DNA of 64,000 nucleotides from Microcoleaceae cyanobacterium (GCA_051652765.1 JBOFUV010000074.1:1-64000); one strand, 5' to 3'. Counted from the first letter of the stretch, positions 34,757-43,150 are shown. Made by a program: numbers and translations. The notes: generated from the sequence alone by a model not told the origin.

Positions 34757-34840
34757 GCGCAACGGTTGAAATCACCCGCTGCCAACAGCTTTGGAGTTAA
34801 TCCAATGACATTGCGGTAGGTTGGGTGTAATGATTTATAC
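34757..34840 (-). other. attC site, family A (R'' end eroded)
   Basis: - strand reads GTATAAATC-ATTACACC...GGTGATT-TCAACC-GTTGCGC. Near-identical to the 32601-32686 copy. Confidence 0.8.
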
Positions 34841-34966
34841 CTTGTTTAAGTATTGCCGACTTTCTCTCACTCAGCAAAACGACCACCGCAGATGATGCAA
34901 ACCCTCTCTCAACATAGTCAGTCGCCCTTCGGTTCAACTCCACAGGGAAGCTGTGGTGCGCTGGCA

Positions 34967-35053
34967 AGATAACGGCTCAAATCAGCGGCAGCAGAGGACT
35001 CTCAACGAAGCAGAAAGCGTTTTGGTATGTCCGCTGCATTTGAATTGTTAGAC
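34967..35053 (-). other. attC site, family B (intact)
   Basis: - strand: R'' GTCTAAC, L'' AATGCAGC (extra G), L' GCTGATT, R' GTTATCT. Lies 10 bp after the PIN gene stop. Confidence 0.88.
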
Positions 35054-35063
35054 CGCGCCGGAA

Positions 35064-35564
35064 CTACTGCAATTCCCTAACTTGTCTGAGAGCTTCGTCA
35101 TAAACCCGCTGACTCAAACGAAATTTAGCCACAGTTTGCAAAGCATCAAGCTGTTCTTGCAAGTTAACAATCACTCCTTGACGTTTCGCCCAAATTAAGA
35201 GACCCAATGTACCAAGTATCGGTAAATTGATGCGTCGTGCAACTTGTCGCGCTTTCTTTTCATCGAGCAACAGAGCTTCTGAAGGCTGCTCAAGCAACAA
35301 TGCGATCGCCTCTGCTTCACCTTGATCCAGATCTTGTTGTAACACTGATATTAGAGTCTTGTTCTCCACTTCTTGCATGGACAGCCAAACGTTTAAGCCT
35401 GCTGCAACTTCTGCCGCTCCTGCCCGCCCTGCTCCAGTTTCCACAACTTCGTACCAGACTGCCTGTGGAATCACAATCCCGTCTGGAAATCGCCGCGTCA
35501 ATATAGACAATTGCCCAATACTGCTCAGGGCAATCAAAACAGACGAGTTGCTGATGGCTCTCAA
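35064..35564 (-). CDS. DUF3368 family PIN-domain toxin
   Basis: ISNSSVLIAL, IPQAVWYEV, LDQGEAEAIAL, LLLDEKKAR and GTLGLLIWAK. Confidence 0.9.
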   Translation of the reverse strand: MRAISNSSVLIALSSIGQLSILTRRFPDGIVIPQAVWYEVVETGAGRAGAAEVAAGLNVWLSMQEVENKTLISVLQQDLDQGEAEAIALLLEQPSEALLLDEKKARQVARRINLPILGTLGLLIWAKRQGVIVNLQEQLDALQTVAKFRLSQRVYDEALRQVRELQ

Positions 35565-35821
35565 TCTAATTGCTCCAACGTGTTTAGATCATTTTCTAGT
35601 TCCTCTAAGTCGTAACTACGCTCAATTGCCTCATCTCCTAGTAATGAGTGAAACTCCCATTTTGTCATTTGTGCTAACTCCCGTGCTTTGCCAAAAGAGA
35701 GCAAGCCTTTTTGATATAAACGAATTGCCAATTCCCGTTGCAGACGAGAGAGGCGTTCAGAAGGTGGAAGTTGAAGGGATTCTGCAACATTGTTTGAAAT
35801 CTCAAGTACTAGTCCACTCAT
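35561..35821 (-). CDS. UPF0175 family antitoxin
   Basis: LAIRLYQKGLLSFGKARELAQMTKWEF. Overlaps the PIN gene start. Confidence 0.9.
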   Translation of the reverse strand: MSGLVLEISNNVAESLQLPPSERLSRLQRELAIRLYQKGLLSFGKARELAQMTKWEFHSLLGDEAIERSYDLEELENDLNTLEQLD

Positions 35822-36162
35822 CCTATCCTCCTACTATTGCTAATCATGGTTTTAGGCAAATCACTACAATTTTGTCATAGGATCTTCTTTGGCTTGCGAC
35901 CGCACTGGAGGATTCACAAATCTCCTCTACTAAGCAAATTCTCCTTTGTAGTGAAGTTTTCGAGTGGTCAAGCTACTGCCAGCGGGACTAATCAATCAAA
36001 GAAGCACGATACATAAGGATCGAAAACCCATCCATAGATCGATCTTTGTGACTGCTCAGATCTCCTTGCCTCACCGCTTGTACTAAACATTGAACTCAGA
36101 ATTTGCCGTGCAGCTTCTGACCCCAGTGCTTAAAAAACTCCCTGTAAAAAAGAATTCCAGCT

Positions 36163-36351
36163 TTATTGAGCATTTGCAGAACCAGCATTAAGGTTTAGGA
36201 CAAGAGTGAAACACGCAATACCAGCAAATACTCTCTCTGTTTGCGCTTCATCCCTTGCTACTGAACCAAAGAGCATCAGAGACTTTACGCCAAAGTCCTT
36301 CAGCGTGTTCTGATGATTCGCCAATAATGTAAGGGCTTCCTGTTTTCGCAC
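36163..36351 (-). pseudogene. Truncated minimal nucleotidyltransferase (MNT) fused to an unrelated remnant
   Basis: LKDFGVKSLMLFGSVARDEAQT is an MNT N-terminus, but the SDID motif is missing and the sequence switches to a hydrophobic signal-peptide-like stretch. Confidence 0.75.
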
Positions 36352-36538
36352 TACCCAACCTGCAATGAAAAGAAAAATCTACTGAGAATTGTAGCTCACC
36401 GATCACCTCCCAATTACGTCTCGACCAAAGATTCATAGCTACTTGGGCATCGCGTTCTACAGATAGCTTTCCGCTTGCACCCCAACGAAGGACTCTCAAG
36501 TGAGATCGCGAATCTCAGCATCCAACGAGAAAATAGAA

Positions 36539-36931
36539 CTAAGGAATATAAACCCGACCAACACCCATGTAATTGTCAATGTCAAAAAGAATCTCAACTA
36601 ACCGACTGGCGCATCGTTCACGATAACTCTGCTCGTCAAGCCGCTCTTTGTTGCCGATCGTCACAACGGGAAGTGATGTCAGCGTATTGTCTTCCCGAAT
36701 CGCTTGCTCCAACGAATCATCTCCCTTCATGTTCCGATTTGCGGTCAAGATAATCATCTGATTGCCCTGAGCTACCTGCCAAACTAAAAGATCGCTGCTG
36801 TTTTCGAGTAAGCCGACCTCTTCAAACCCAACGAATCGAATCGGCATCAGTTCAAGCCATCCTTCAGCCGCGATCGTGCCCCAAAGTAAAGCTGCCTGTC
36901 CTCGCAAATTGTAGTCAATCAGAAAATTCAT
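36539..36931 (-). CDS. DUF5615-like PIN-domain toxin
   Basis: MNFLIDYNL, VGLLENSSDLLVW and IILTANR. ATGA overlap with the DUF433 gene. Confidence 0.8.
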   Translation of the reverse strand: MNFLIDYNLRGQAALLWGTIAAEGWLELMPIRFVGFEEVGLLENSSDLLVWQVAQGNQMIILTANRNMKGDDSLEQAIREDNTLTSLPVVTIGNKERLDEQSYRERCASRLVEILFDIDNYMGVGRVYIP

Positions 36932-37311
36932 ACCTTGGACTCAAGCCTGTCTTTCCAAGCCTGAAGTTTAGCACGGATAGCCTCTTGACTCGGTTTTGGA
37001 GATGTTGCAACAAGACGGGCAAAGTGTTCTCGATTGCGTTCTTCCCAATATTGCCGATTCTCTTCCGCAGTTTGTAAAACTTGTTGATATTCAGACTCGA
37101 CTTCAGCTTGATGAGCTTTGATGTAAAACAGAGCCGCATCGATCTGAGCATCTGTGAGACAGAGCTTTTCGCGAATGAGCTTTGCAGGATAGCCAGCCGT
37201 GTAGTAATCCATCACGTCATAAAGCGTAATGCGGGTTCCTGCGATCGTGATCCCACGCTCTGTCCGAATAATTTCCGATTGATCACTAGATGCCGAACTC
37301 ATTTTCCACAT
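36928..37311 (-). CDS. DUF433 antitoxin-like protein
   Basis: ITIAGTRITLYDVMDY...LTDAQIDAALFY. Start may be the ATG at 37302. Confidence 0.88.
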   Translation of the reverse strand: MWKMSSASSDQSEIIRTERGITIAGTRITLYDVMDYYTAGYPAKLIREKLCLTDAQIDAALFYIKAHQAEVESEYQQVLQTAEENRQYWEERNREHFARLVATSPKPSQEAIRAKLQAWKDRLESKV

Positions 37312-37377
37312 TCCTGCTTTCTGAACAGTAGTCCCATTTTATCTTGTTTTAAAATAATTGACTTCCTCAGCTTCGGA

Positions 37378-37779
37378 CTAGAAGGGGCTAAGCCAAAACC
37401 CTAGGTGGCCAAGATCGGAGACTAAGGTTACTAATGTGTAAACAATGAATAAAAGAGCGCCTAAAAACCATAGTAGAAATGTAAAAAGATTTCCTCCTTT
37501 AGTCCCCACATAAATTAAACGAGAAATACCCATGAACTCAATTATCAAAAACCGCCAGAGGTTTGCAGTAGCCTGCTCAGTAACAAATTGAATCTTTGGA
37601 GCAAATGTTGCAATTGCATTTTTCAAGTCTTGTATATTACCCATCATTGATTTACCTTTTTTGGGCAGGCCAACTCTTAATGGCTCCTGATTTGCCTGGA
37701 TTTCTGCCTTCCAGTCAAACTTCAACGGCTGAGTCCAAAATCCCTCGTAAACGTAACCTTATCCACAGATTCTAAGGAA
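37378..37779 (-). pseudogene. 5'-truncated membrane-protein gene remnant
   Basis: Frame continues upstream of the TTG (GYVYEGFWTQP, one TAA) to the broken attC. No ATG or RBS. C-terminal TM helix. Confidence 0.5.
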
Positions 37780-37845
37780 GCCGCCAACAGCTTCAGAATT
37801 AATCCAGTACTGCTATTGCAGGTCGGGTGCAGTGATTTGTTAGCT
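37780..37845 (-). other. Truncated attC, family A (L' and R' lost)
   Basis: - strand AGCTAAC-AAATC-ACTGCACC-CGACC...GGATTAATTCTGAAGCTGTTGGCGG, then similarity to the other family A copies stops abruptly. Confidence 0.78.
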
Positions 37846-37932
37846 TGACTTGGGCGAGCTGACTGTCTCTTAACTCAGCCCTGAATACTGACACACACGT
37901 TTCCGGTTGCGTCATCACCGATAGCTCAGGCG

Positions 37933-38017
37933 GCATAACGGCAAAAGTGAGCGGCGACAGACAATATCGAAACAAAGCACAAAGACTCTGCACGTCCGCT
38001 CCACTGCGTTGTTATGC
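37933..38017 (-). other. attC site, family B (intact), end of first cassette
   Basis: - strand: R'' GCATAAC, 5-bp spacer, L'' AGTGGAGC (extra G), L' GCTCACT, 6-bp spacer, R' GTTATGC. Terminal complementarity extends to 10 bp. Confidence 0.92.
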
Positions 38018-38365
38018 CGCGCAATCTGCTGTACATCAACAATACTTCGGACAGAATTAGACAGCAATAATGCTGTAAACGCTGGACTTTGTGTTGAATT
38101 TAATCGAAGTGGGTGATAGGGCGCTGAAAAATGAGCACGAGATTGTTCGCTTCTCTGTCTAATGGCTCATGTGAAAATTGTTCAAACTTTTGTACGATAA
38201 TAACACAACCGTAGCTTTTCATAATGATGTTTCCTTAGCTCCATCTACAAAGCTAGTTTGGTTTTGAGAAGCGTCAGTCGTTCGGTGCTGACCCTACAAC
38301 CTTTTGTTCAGCAGGTGAAACGCGGTTCAGATTTAAGGCAAAAATTCTTTTCCTAAAGGAGAACG

Positions 38366-38818
38366 GTGATGTTAGATATCGATGAAATGAGTTCAAAGGA
38401 AATACAAGAGCTTTTGAAAAAAGTGGGACACGGGCACCTTGGCTGTATCTTCAAAGAGCATCCCTACGTTGTGCCAATGCACTACTATCTCGAAGGCTCA
38501 GACATTTACCTTGTCACCACTGAAGGCATGAAGACGCAAGCGATGGACGCAAATCCAGAAATTTGCCTCCAGATTGAAGAAGTGCATGACCCAGCACACT
38601 GGCGGAGTGTGGTAGTGACAGGTCGAGTCGAGCGCATCACTACGCAGCCAGACCTCGATCGAGCTATGCACTTTATCAAAGAACGGAATCCAACGCTTTC
38701 GCCTGCAATTAATCGCACCTGGGTCGATAGTTGGGGACGCGCTGCGGTGATTGCCATCTTCCGCATTCATTCCAGCGAGATGAGTGGACGGACAACCACT
38801 GGAGTGAGTAGCAAGTAA
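38366..38818 (+). CDS. Pyridoxamine 5'-phosphate oxidase-like (FMN-binding split barrel) protein
   Basis: GHLGC, PYVVPMHY, TTEGMK, NPEICLQIEE and WRSVVVTG. RBS AAGGAG. Confidence 0.88.
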   Translation: MMLDIDEMSSKEIQELLKKVGHGHLGCIFKEHPYVVPMHYYLEGSDIYLVTTEGMKTQAMDANPEICLQIEEVHDPAHWRSVVVTGRVERITTQPDLDRAMHFIKERNPTLSPAINRTWVDSWGRAAVIAIFRIHSSEMSGRTTTGVSSK

Positions 38819-38821
38819 GCA

Positions 38822-39193
38822 TTGATTGCTGCAGTCTCAGTTCTGACCTATTTAAGGAATTCAACGAGCATGGTGGGCAACTTACTGCAATGTGAGTATC
38901 TTGGTTGGGGGAAATTAGAGTCGTTTCGATCGAGGTCTTTATCCGAGAATGAGACATTGATTTTCACGGAGATTGCAGGAACCGCTCCGGTATTAATTCG
39001 AGGATTTCTTGATTGTCTGCGCTCTCCAGAGCTCCACGCAAAAACTCCTCAGCAATTTTCAGAAAGTAATATGGCAGAATTCATGGTGGAAATGGTCAGA
39101 ACGCTCCCGGAAAGCCTGTTGCAGGAGTGGGCAAACCAGTCCAACACCGATCAAAATATGGTTTGTGCGATCCTACGTTGGTCAGTAAACTAA
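38822..39193 (+). CDS. Hypothetical protein (first cassette)
   Basis: 123-aa ORF 3 bp after the PNPOx-like gene. Start may be the ATG at 38870. Confidence 0.6.
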   Translation: MIAAVSVLTYLRNSTSMVGNLLQCEYLGWGKLESFRSRSLSENETLIFTEIAGTAPVLIRGFLDCLRSPELHAKTPQQFSESNMAEFMVEMVRTLPESLLQEWANQSNTDQNMVCAILRWSVN

Positions 39194-39321
39194 TGGATTT
39201 GCAACCATTAAAGAAACATGGTTTCCGATTCAAAAGTGTTATCTCATCGACTGCTTTAAGATATTGTAATTTTGAATACCAACGGATAGCTTTCAAACTA
39301 CCGCTCCAACCTGTAACCGGA

Positions 39322-39331
39322 GCGGCATAAC
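39322..39331 (-). other. Probable attI crossover core (G/TTATGC on - strand)
   Basis: GCGGCATAAC (+) is the exact complement of the R'' arm at 38011-38020, as expected for an integrated cassette. No attC hairpin lies to its right. About 230 bp upstream of intI. Confidence 0.75.
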
Positions 39332-39342
39332 TATTACTATAT

Positions 39343-39556
39343 TGAAATTTTCTGCATAACCAACGCTTTTGGGATGATTACCCTGAAACTTTCCATATAA
39401 TCCACCCTAATACTGCAACTACACTGAAACTTTCTGGGTATACATCCTAAATTTGAGGATTATCCCAAAACTTTCCGTATATTCTCCGATGAAACACAGC
39501 AATGTTCGGCCTAGCATCGATTTATTCGGAGCGTTACCTTGAAATTTTCTGTATAA
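39343..39556 (+). repeat. Phased direct repeats TGAAA(C/T)TTTC(T/C)..ATA between attI and intI
   Basis: Copies start at 39343, 39384, 39425 and 39466 (41-bp period), with a fifth at 39540. Confidence 0.75.
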
Positions 39557-39563
39557 ACCCCAA

Positions 39564-39916
39564 ATGGAACAACGCCCGAAAAAGCTGTTGGATCAGGTGC
39601 GTGATCTGATTCGGCTCAAACATTATTCCTATCAAACTGAAAAAACCTATGTGGGATGGATTAGGCGCTACATATTGTTTCATCAAATCCGCCATCCTCA
39701 AGAAATGGGGTCTGCTGAAATTGAGACTTTTCTGACTCATTTAGCAGTTGAGGAGAAGTAGCCGCTTCCACTCAGAATCAGGCGTTCAGTGCTCTCCTGT
39801 TTCTCTATCGGGAGGTGTTGCGGCAGGAGTTGGATTTGCCGATTGATTCCATTCGAGCCAAACGCCCGCATTACTTGCCAACCGTATTGACCAAACCAGA
39901 GGTGTTGGCCATTTAG
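39564..39916 (+). pseudogene. intI: Integron integrase, frameshifted and C-terminally truncated
   Basis: [56 protein letters not shown]. After a -1 shift near 39758 it continues [41 protein letters not shown]. Catalytic domain absent. Confidence 0.93.
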
Positions 39917-41838
39917 CAAATCACCCGATAAACATTCACCGGTTGTTGACGACCTCGAAGCTGCAAACGCCCAACGAACTTGGTCGGGAACTTGCCATCA
40001 AGGTACTGATAAGTGACTTCACTAATGAGAATTCGACAGCACTCGTCGTTAAACTTTTTTTCGTAAGCTTCTAACCGAGAGGCCACATTAACGCTGTCGC
40101 CAATCGTCGTGTAGTTTAACCGTTGACGACTCCCCAAACTCCCAGCAACAACATCTCCAGTGGCAATGCCAATCCGCATTCCGGTAGTCGGGAGCCCCTG
40201 TTCTTGCCAGTGGTGATTTAACGCTTTTAACTTCTCAACCATGCCACAGGCACAAGCCACCGCCGCGATCGCCTCCTGGGCGACCTCTTCTGGACTAATA
40301 CTCGGAATAGGAACCCCAAAAACGGCCATAATCGAATCGCCAATGAACTTATCCACCACGCCATTATTGTCCAGAATCACCTCAGCCATGGCATCCATGT
40401 AGTCGTTTAGCCAAGACATTAGAGTTTCCGCATCGGTTCGTTCGGCGATTTGAGTGAATCCTTGAAGGTCACTAAAAAGAACGGTTGCCGTCATCTGTTT
40501 GCCCACCATCCGTCCCTGGATCAGGAGTTGATCCCGCTCATTCCAAATAATTTCGGCAATTTTTGGAGTGACATTTTTACCAAATAGGGCCATCATCGTT
40601 TCCCGATCTTGCCGTTCAACTCGGGCTACATAGCCCATCACAACAACAGCGGAACCGATCAAGGCTAGAACGGGTGGAATTAAGGGAATCCACCATCCCC
40701 ACAGACAAGCAAGGTAAGCTGCAAGGGTCAAGCCACCTCCCAGAAGTACAAATCCAGCGATCACCCAACGTTTGGCTCGCCAACTCCAGCCGAGAGTTGC
40801 GCCAATACCTGACCATAGAACAATCCACCCCCACTCCAACGGCTCAGGCCAAACCTGAATTAAGGGTCTGCCATCAAGGGCTGCGCTAATGATTTGGCTG
40901 GTGGTTTCTGCATGAATCTCAACCCCTGGGGATGCTGAAAAAATAGTCTTGCTGTAGGGCGTAAAAAACAGGTCTTTTAAACTGGCTGCGGTTGACCCAA
41001 TCAGCACAATGCGATCGCTAAAAAAGCCAGGAGGAATATCGTTATTTAAGACTTCGGTCATCGAAATCGTGTCAAAAATCTTGCAGATCGTGAATTGGGT
41101 ACGGCAATCTTTCTGCTGGAAATTCATCAGGATTTGGTAGCCGCCAGCATCCACATTCACATAGGCACCATCATTCGGGCCTAGGGGTCTGAAAACAGCC
41201 TGACCTAGCCGGACTGCACGAGTCTCTTCGTCAATCACCTCCAAATCCACCGCCTCAGCTTCAAGATAAATCAGGGCTAACTGAGTGGATAGCGTGTAAA
41301 TCGGAGGTTCGCTTTCGTCGAGTTGAAGGGAGAGCAAGACCCGGCGCAGTTTGCCATCTTCGTCAATTTGAGCATCCACGGCTCCAACTTGGCCAAGTTG
41401 GTTTAGGACAGGAGGAGGAGCAATTGAGGAACCTGTGATATCTTGGACAACTTTCTTGACTCCAATCAAGTTGGGGGTGGACTCAAAGACTTGAGCAAGC
41501 TGTTCATGACCGGGCGGGACAGGAATATCGCGATAGAGATCGAGACCAATCGCCCTAGGCTGCTGCTGTTTAATATGAGTAATGATCTGTGCTAAAGCAC
41601 CATCAGAAATGGGCCATTGCTGGGCTTTTCTGATATCAGACTCATCAATTTCAACGATCACAATCCGGGAATCAGAAGGCTCTGAAGGTCGCCAACGTAG
41701 AAACTGATCCCAAGCTGCCCACTCCAGAAGTTGAAGAAGACCTGTTAACCGAATCCCAATGACAACACTTGCCACAACTGGAGCTGTCATCCATGGCCCA
41801 CGCCACTGCCAAAGCCTTTTCTGAAGGGATCTAAACAT
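39913..41838 (-). CDS. CHASE2-domain class III adenylate cyclase
   Basis: CHASE2 motifs ([32 protein letters not shown]), three TM segments, then cyclase motifs [23 protein letters not shown] and [15 protein letters not shown]. Confidence 0.93.
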   Translation of the reverse strand: MFRSLQKRLWQWRGPWMTAPVVASVVIGIRLTGLLQLLEWAAWDQFLRWRPSEPSDSRIVIVEIDESDIRKAQQWPISDGALAQIITHIKQQQPRAIGLDLYRDIPVPPGHEQLAQVFESTPNLIGVKKVVQDITGSSIAPPPVLNQLGQVGAVDAQIDEDGKLRRVLLSLQLDESEPPIYTLSTQLALIYLEAEAVDLEVIDEETRAVRLGQAVFRPLGPNDGAYVNVDAGGYQILMNFQQKDCRTQFTICKIFDTISMTEVLNNDIPPGFFSDRIVLIGSTAASLKDLFFTPYSKTIFSASPGVEIHAETTSQIISAALDGRPLIQVWPEPLEWGWIVLWSGIGATLGWSWRAKRWVIAGFVLLGGGLTLAAYLACLWGWWIPLIPPVLALIGSAVVVMGYVARVERQDRETMMALFGKNVTPKIAEIIWNERDQLLIQGRMVGKQMTATVLFSDLQGFTQIAERTDAETLMSWLNDYMDAMAEVILDNNGVVDKFIGDSIMAVFGVPIPSISPEEVAQEAIAAVACACGMVEKLKALNHHWQEQGLPTTGMRIGIATGDVVAGSLGSRQRLNYTTIGDSVNVASRLEAYEKKFNDECCRILISEVTYQYLDGKFPTKFVGRLQLRGRQQPVNVYRVIC

Positions 41839-41995
41839 CCAAACTCATTTAAAAATTGAAAATCAAGAATGGCCATGGGGGTCATTCAGAATCGGTGATT
41901 CAGCAAGAGTCATGCACTAGAGATGATTCAGAATTTGATCTGAAAGGCACAGGGTTAATTCACTATTTTGTATTCTAGCTGCTGAACTTTCCGAT

Positions 41996-42874
41996 CTAAC
42001 GCTGACCTGTTCCTTGATTACGAGCCGAACAACATGAAATCAGGGGTTCTTCAGAAATTTCTGAGAGTTGGACGAGATTGGAGCTAAGCTCAGTGACCCA
42101 TTTTGTTTTGAGGCTTGAATCCCTAGGACGAGACTGCCTCAAGGCTGCCAATGCATTAATCATGTCGTACCAAATGCCTGCCTTGCCATACAGGAACACC
42201 TGTTGTAACGCAGTTGCCGTTTGTAGCTGCTGGGTCAATTCTGGCTGTTCAACGCGCTGAATCACTCCAGAGACAAAGGGTGCTCCCGCACTCCCCGTTG
42301 GATCTTCTGCCTCGCTGCAATTGAGGGTAAAGTACCAACGATAAGAGGTATTTGTCTTTAGAGTAACCTGTTGCCGAGGAAGCTCGACACTGATAAAGCC
42401 AGATTGGGATGGTAAGGAAATTTGTGCTGTGTAAACGGTTGTTGTTTTTGCCTGCGGGTTTCTGGAGCTTGAAGACTCCTCTTCTAAATAAAACTCAGCC
42501 GTTTTGGCCAGGGTTTCAGGGAGATAAATTAAAACAGTTGGATTTTTTGAGAGGGTTAGCCCCAAGTTATTGTTGGAATCAGCCGGATTAACTGGCACTA
42601 AAGCTGTTAGAGGCTTTTGGGAGTTGTCCCGGTTCCGGTCAGAAGTGAAACAATTTCCACGAGTTCCTGCCCCTAGACTTTGCCGAGGGGCTCCCCGCCC
42701 CTTCGGAGGACTGAAAGCAGCAGGCATTTGAAAAATCTCACCCTTGACTTGCTGTTGGCTTGGGGATTGAGCGGCAACAGGATTTGGTACAGCGGTGAAC
42801 GTGGAACACAAAATGATGGATAGGATCGAGAGCGATCGCCTGAACTCGTGTTGAAATCTTGAATGAGAGCGCAT
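41996..42874 (-). CDS. DUF928 domain-containing protein
   Basis: Signal peptide, GAGTRGNC, LTALVP, YRWYFTLNC and AGIWYDMINAL. Confidence 0.9.
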   Translation of the reverse strand: MRSHSRFQHEFRRSLSILSIILCSTFTAVPNPVAAQSPSQQQVKGEIFQMPAAFSPPKGRGAPRQSLGAGTRGNCFTSDRNRDNSQKPLTALVPVNPADSNNNLGLTLSKNPTVLIYLPETLAKTAEFYLEEESSSSRNPQAKTTTVYTAQISLPSQSGFISVELPRQQVTLKTNTSYRWYFTLNCSEAEDPTGSAGAPFVSGVIQRVEQPELTQQLQTATALQQVFLYGKAGIWYDMINALAALRQSRPRDSSLKTKWVTELSSNLVQLSEISEEPLISCCSARNQGTGQR

Positions 42875-43150
42875 CAGTGATTGTTCTCCCCAAATGAAGT
42901 TTAATAAGTGCTCTAATCTGTAATGCTCAAATCTATCTTACTCAAGGGTTGGCTAGGTTGAATTGAGGAGCCTAACAAGGTTGTCTCCACCGAATCTACG
43001 CCTTTATCTGACTATCCCTACACCAACTCTCAAAAAATCATGAAGCAATGCAACCAAACCTGTAGCCTTAAACCTGTAGCCTTAAAGTTGTGACCCTAAA
43101 ACGATGACTGATGACTCAACCCTTGTGACCCTGGAGAGCAAAAATTGCTC

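Larger units (their letters stand above)
32601..39916. mobile_element. Chromosomal integron (decayed): intI pseudogene, attI and cassette array on the - strand
   Basis: Integron-integrase N-terminus (+) divergent from an array with five attC sites or remnants, TA pairs and AT-rich genes. Confidence 0.9.

Noticed and set aside
35359..35880. 173-aa + strand ORF and other ORFs overlapping confidently assigned genes
   Set aside because: They are antisense or alternate-frame shadows with no recognisable motifs.
37799..37993. 64-aa ORF across two attC sites as a real gene
   Set aside because: It starts inside one attC and reads through another, so it is most likely a chance frame.
39343..39482. 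41-bp periodic repeats as a CRISPR mini-array
   Set aside because: The repeats are short and degenerate, alternate spacers resemble each other, and there are no cas genes. The attI context explains them better.
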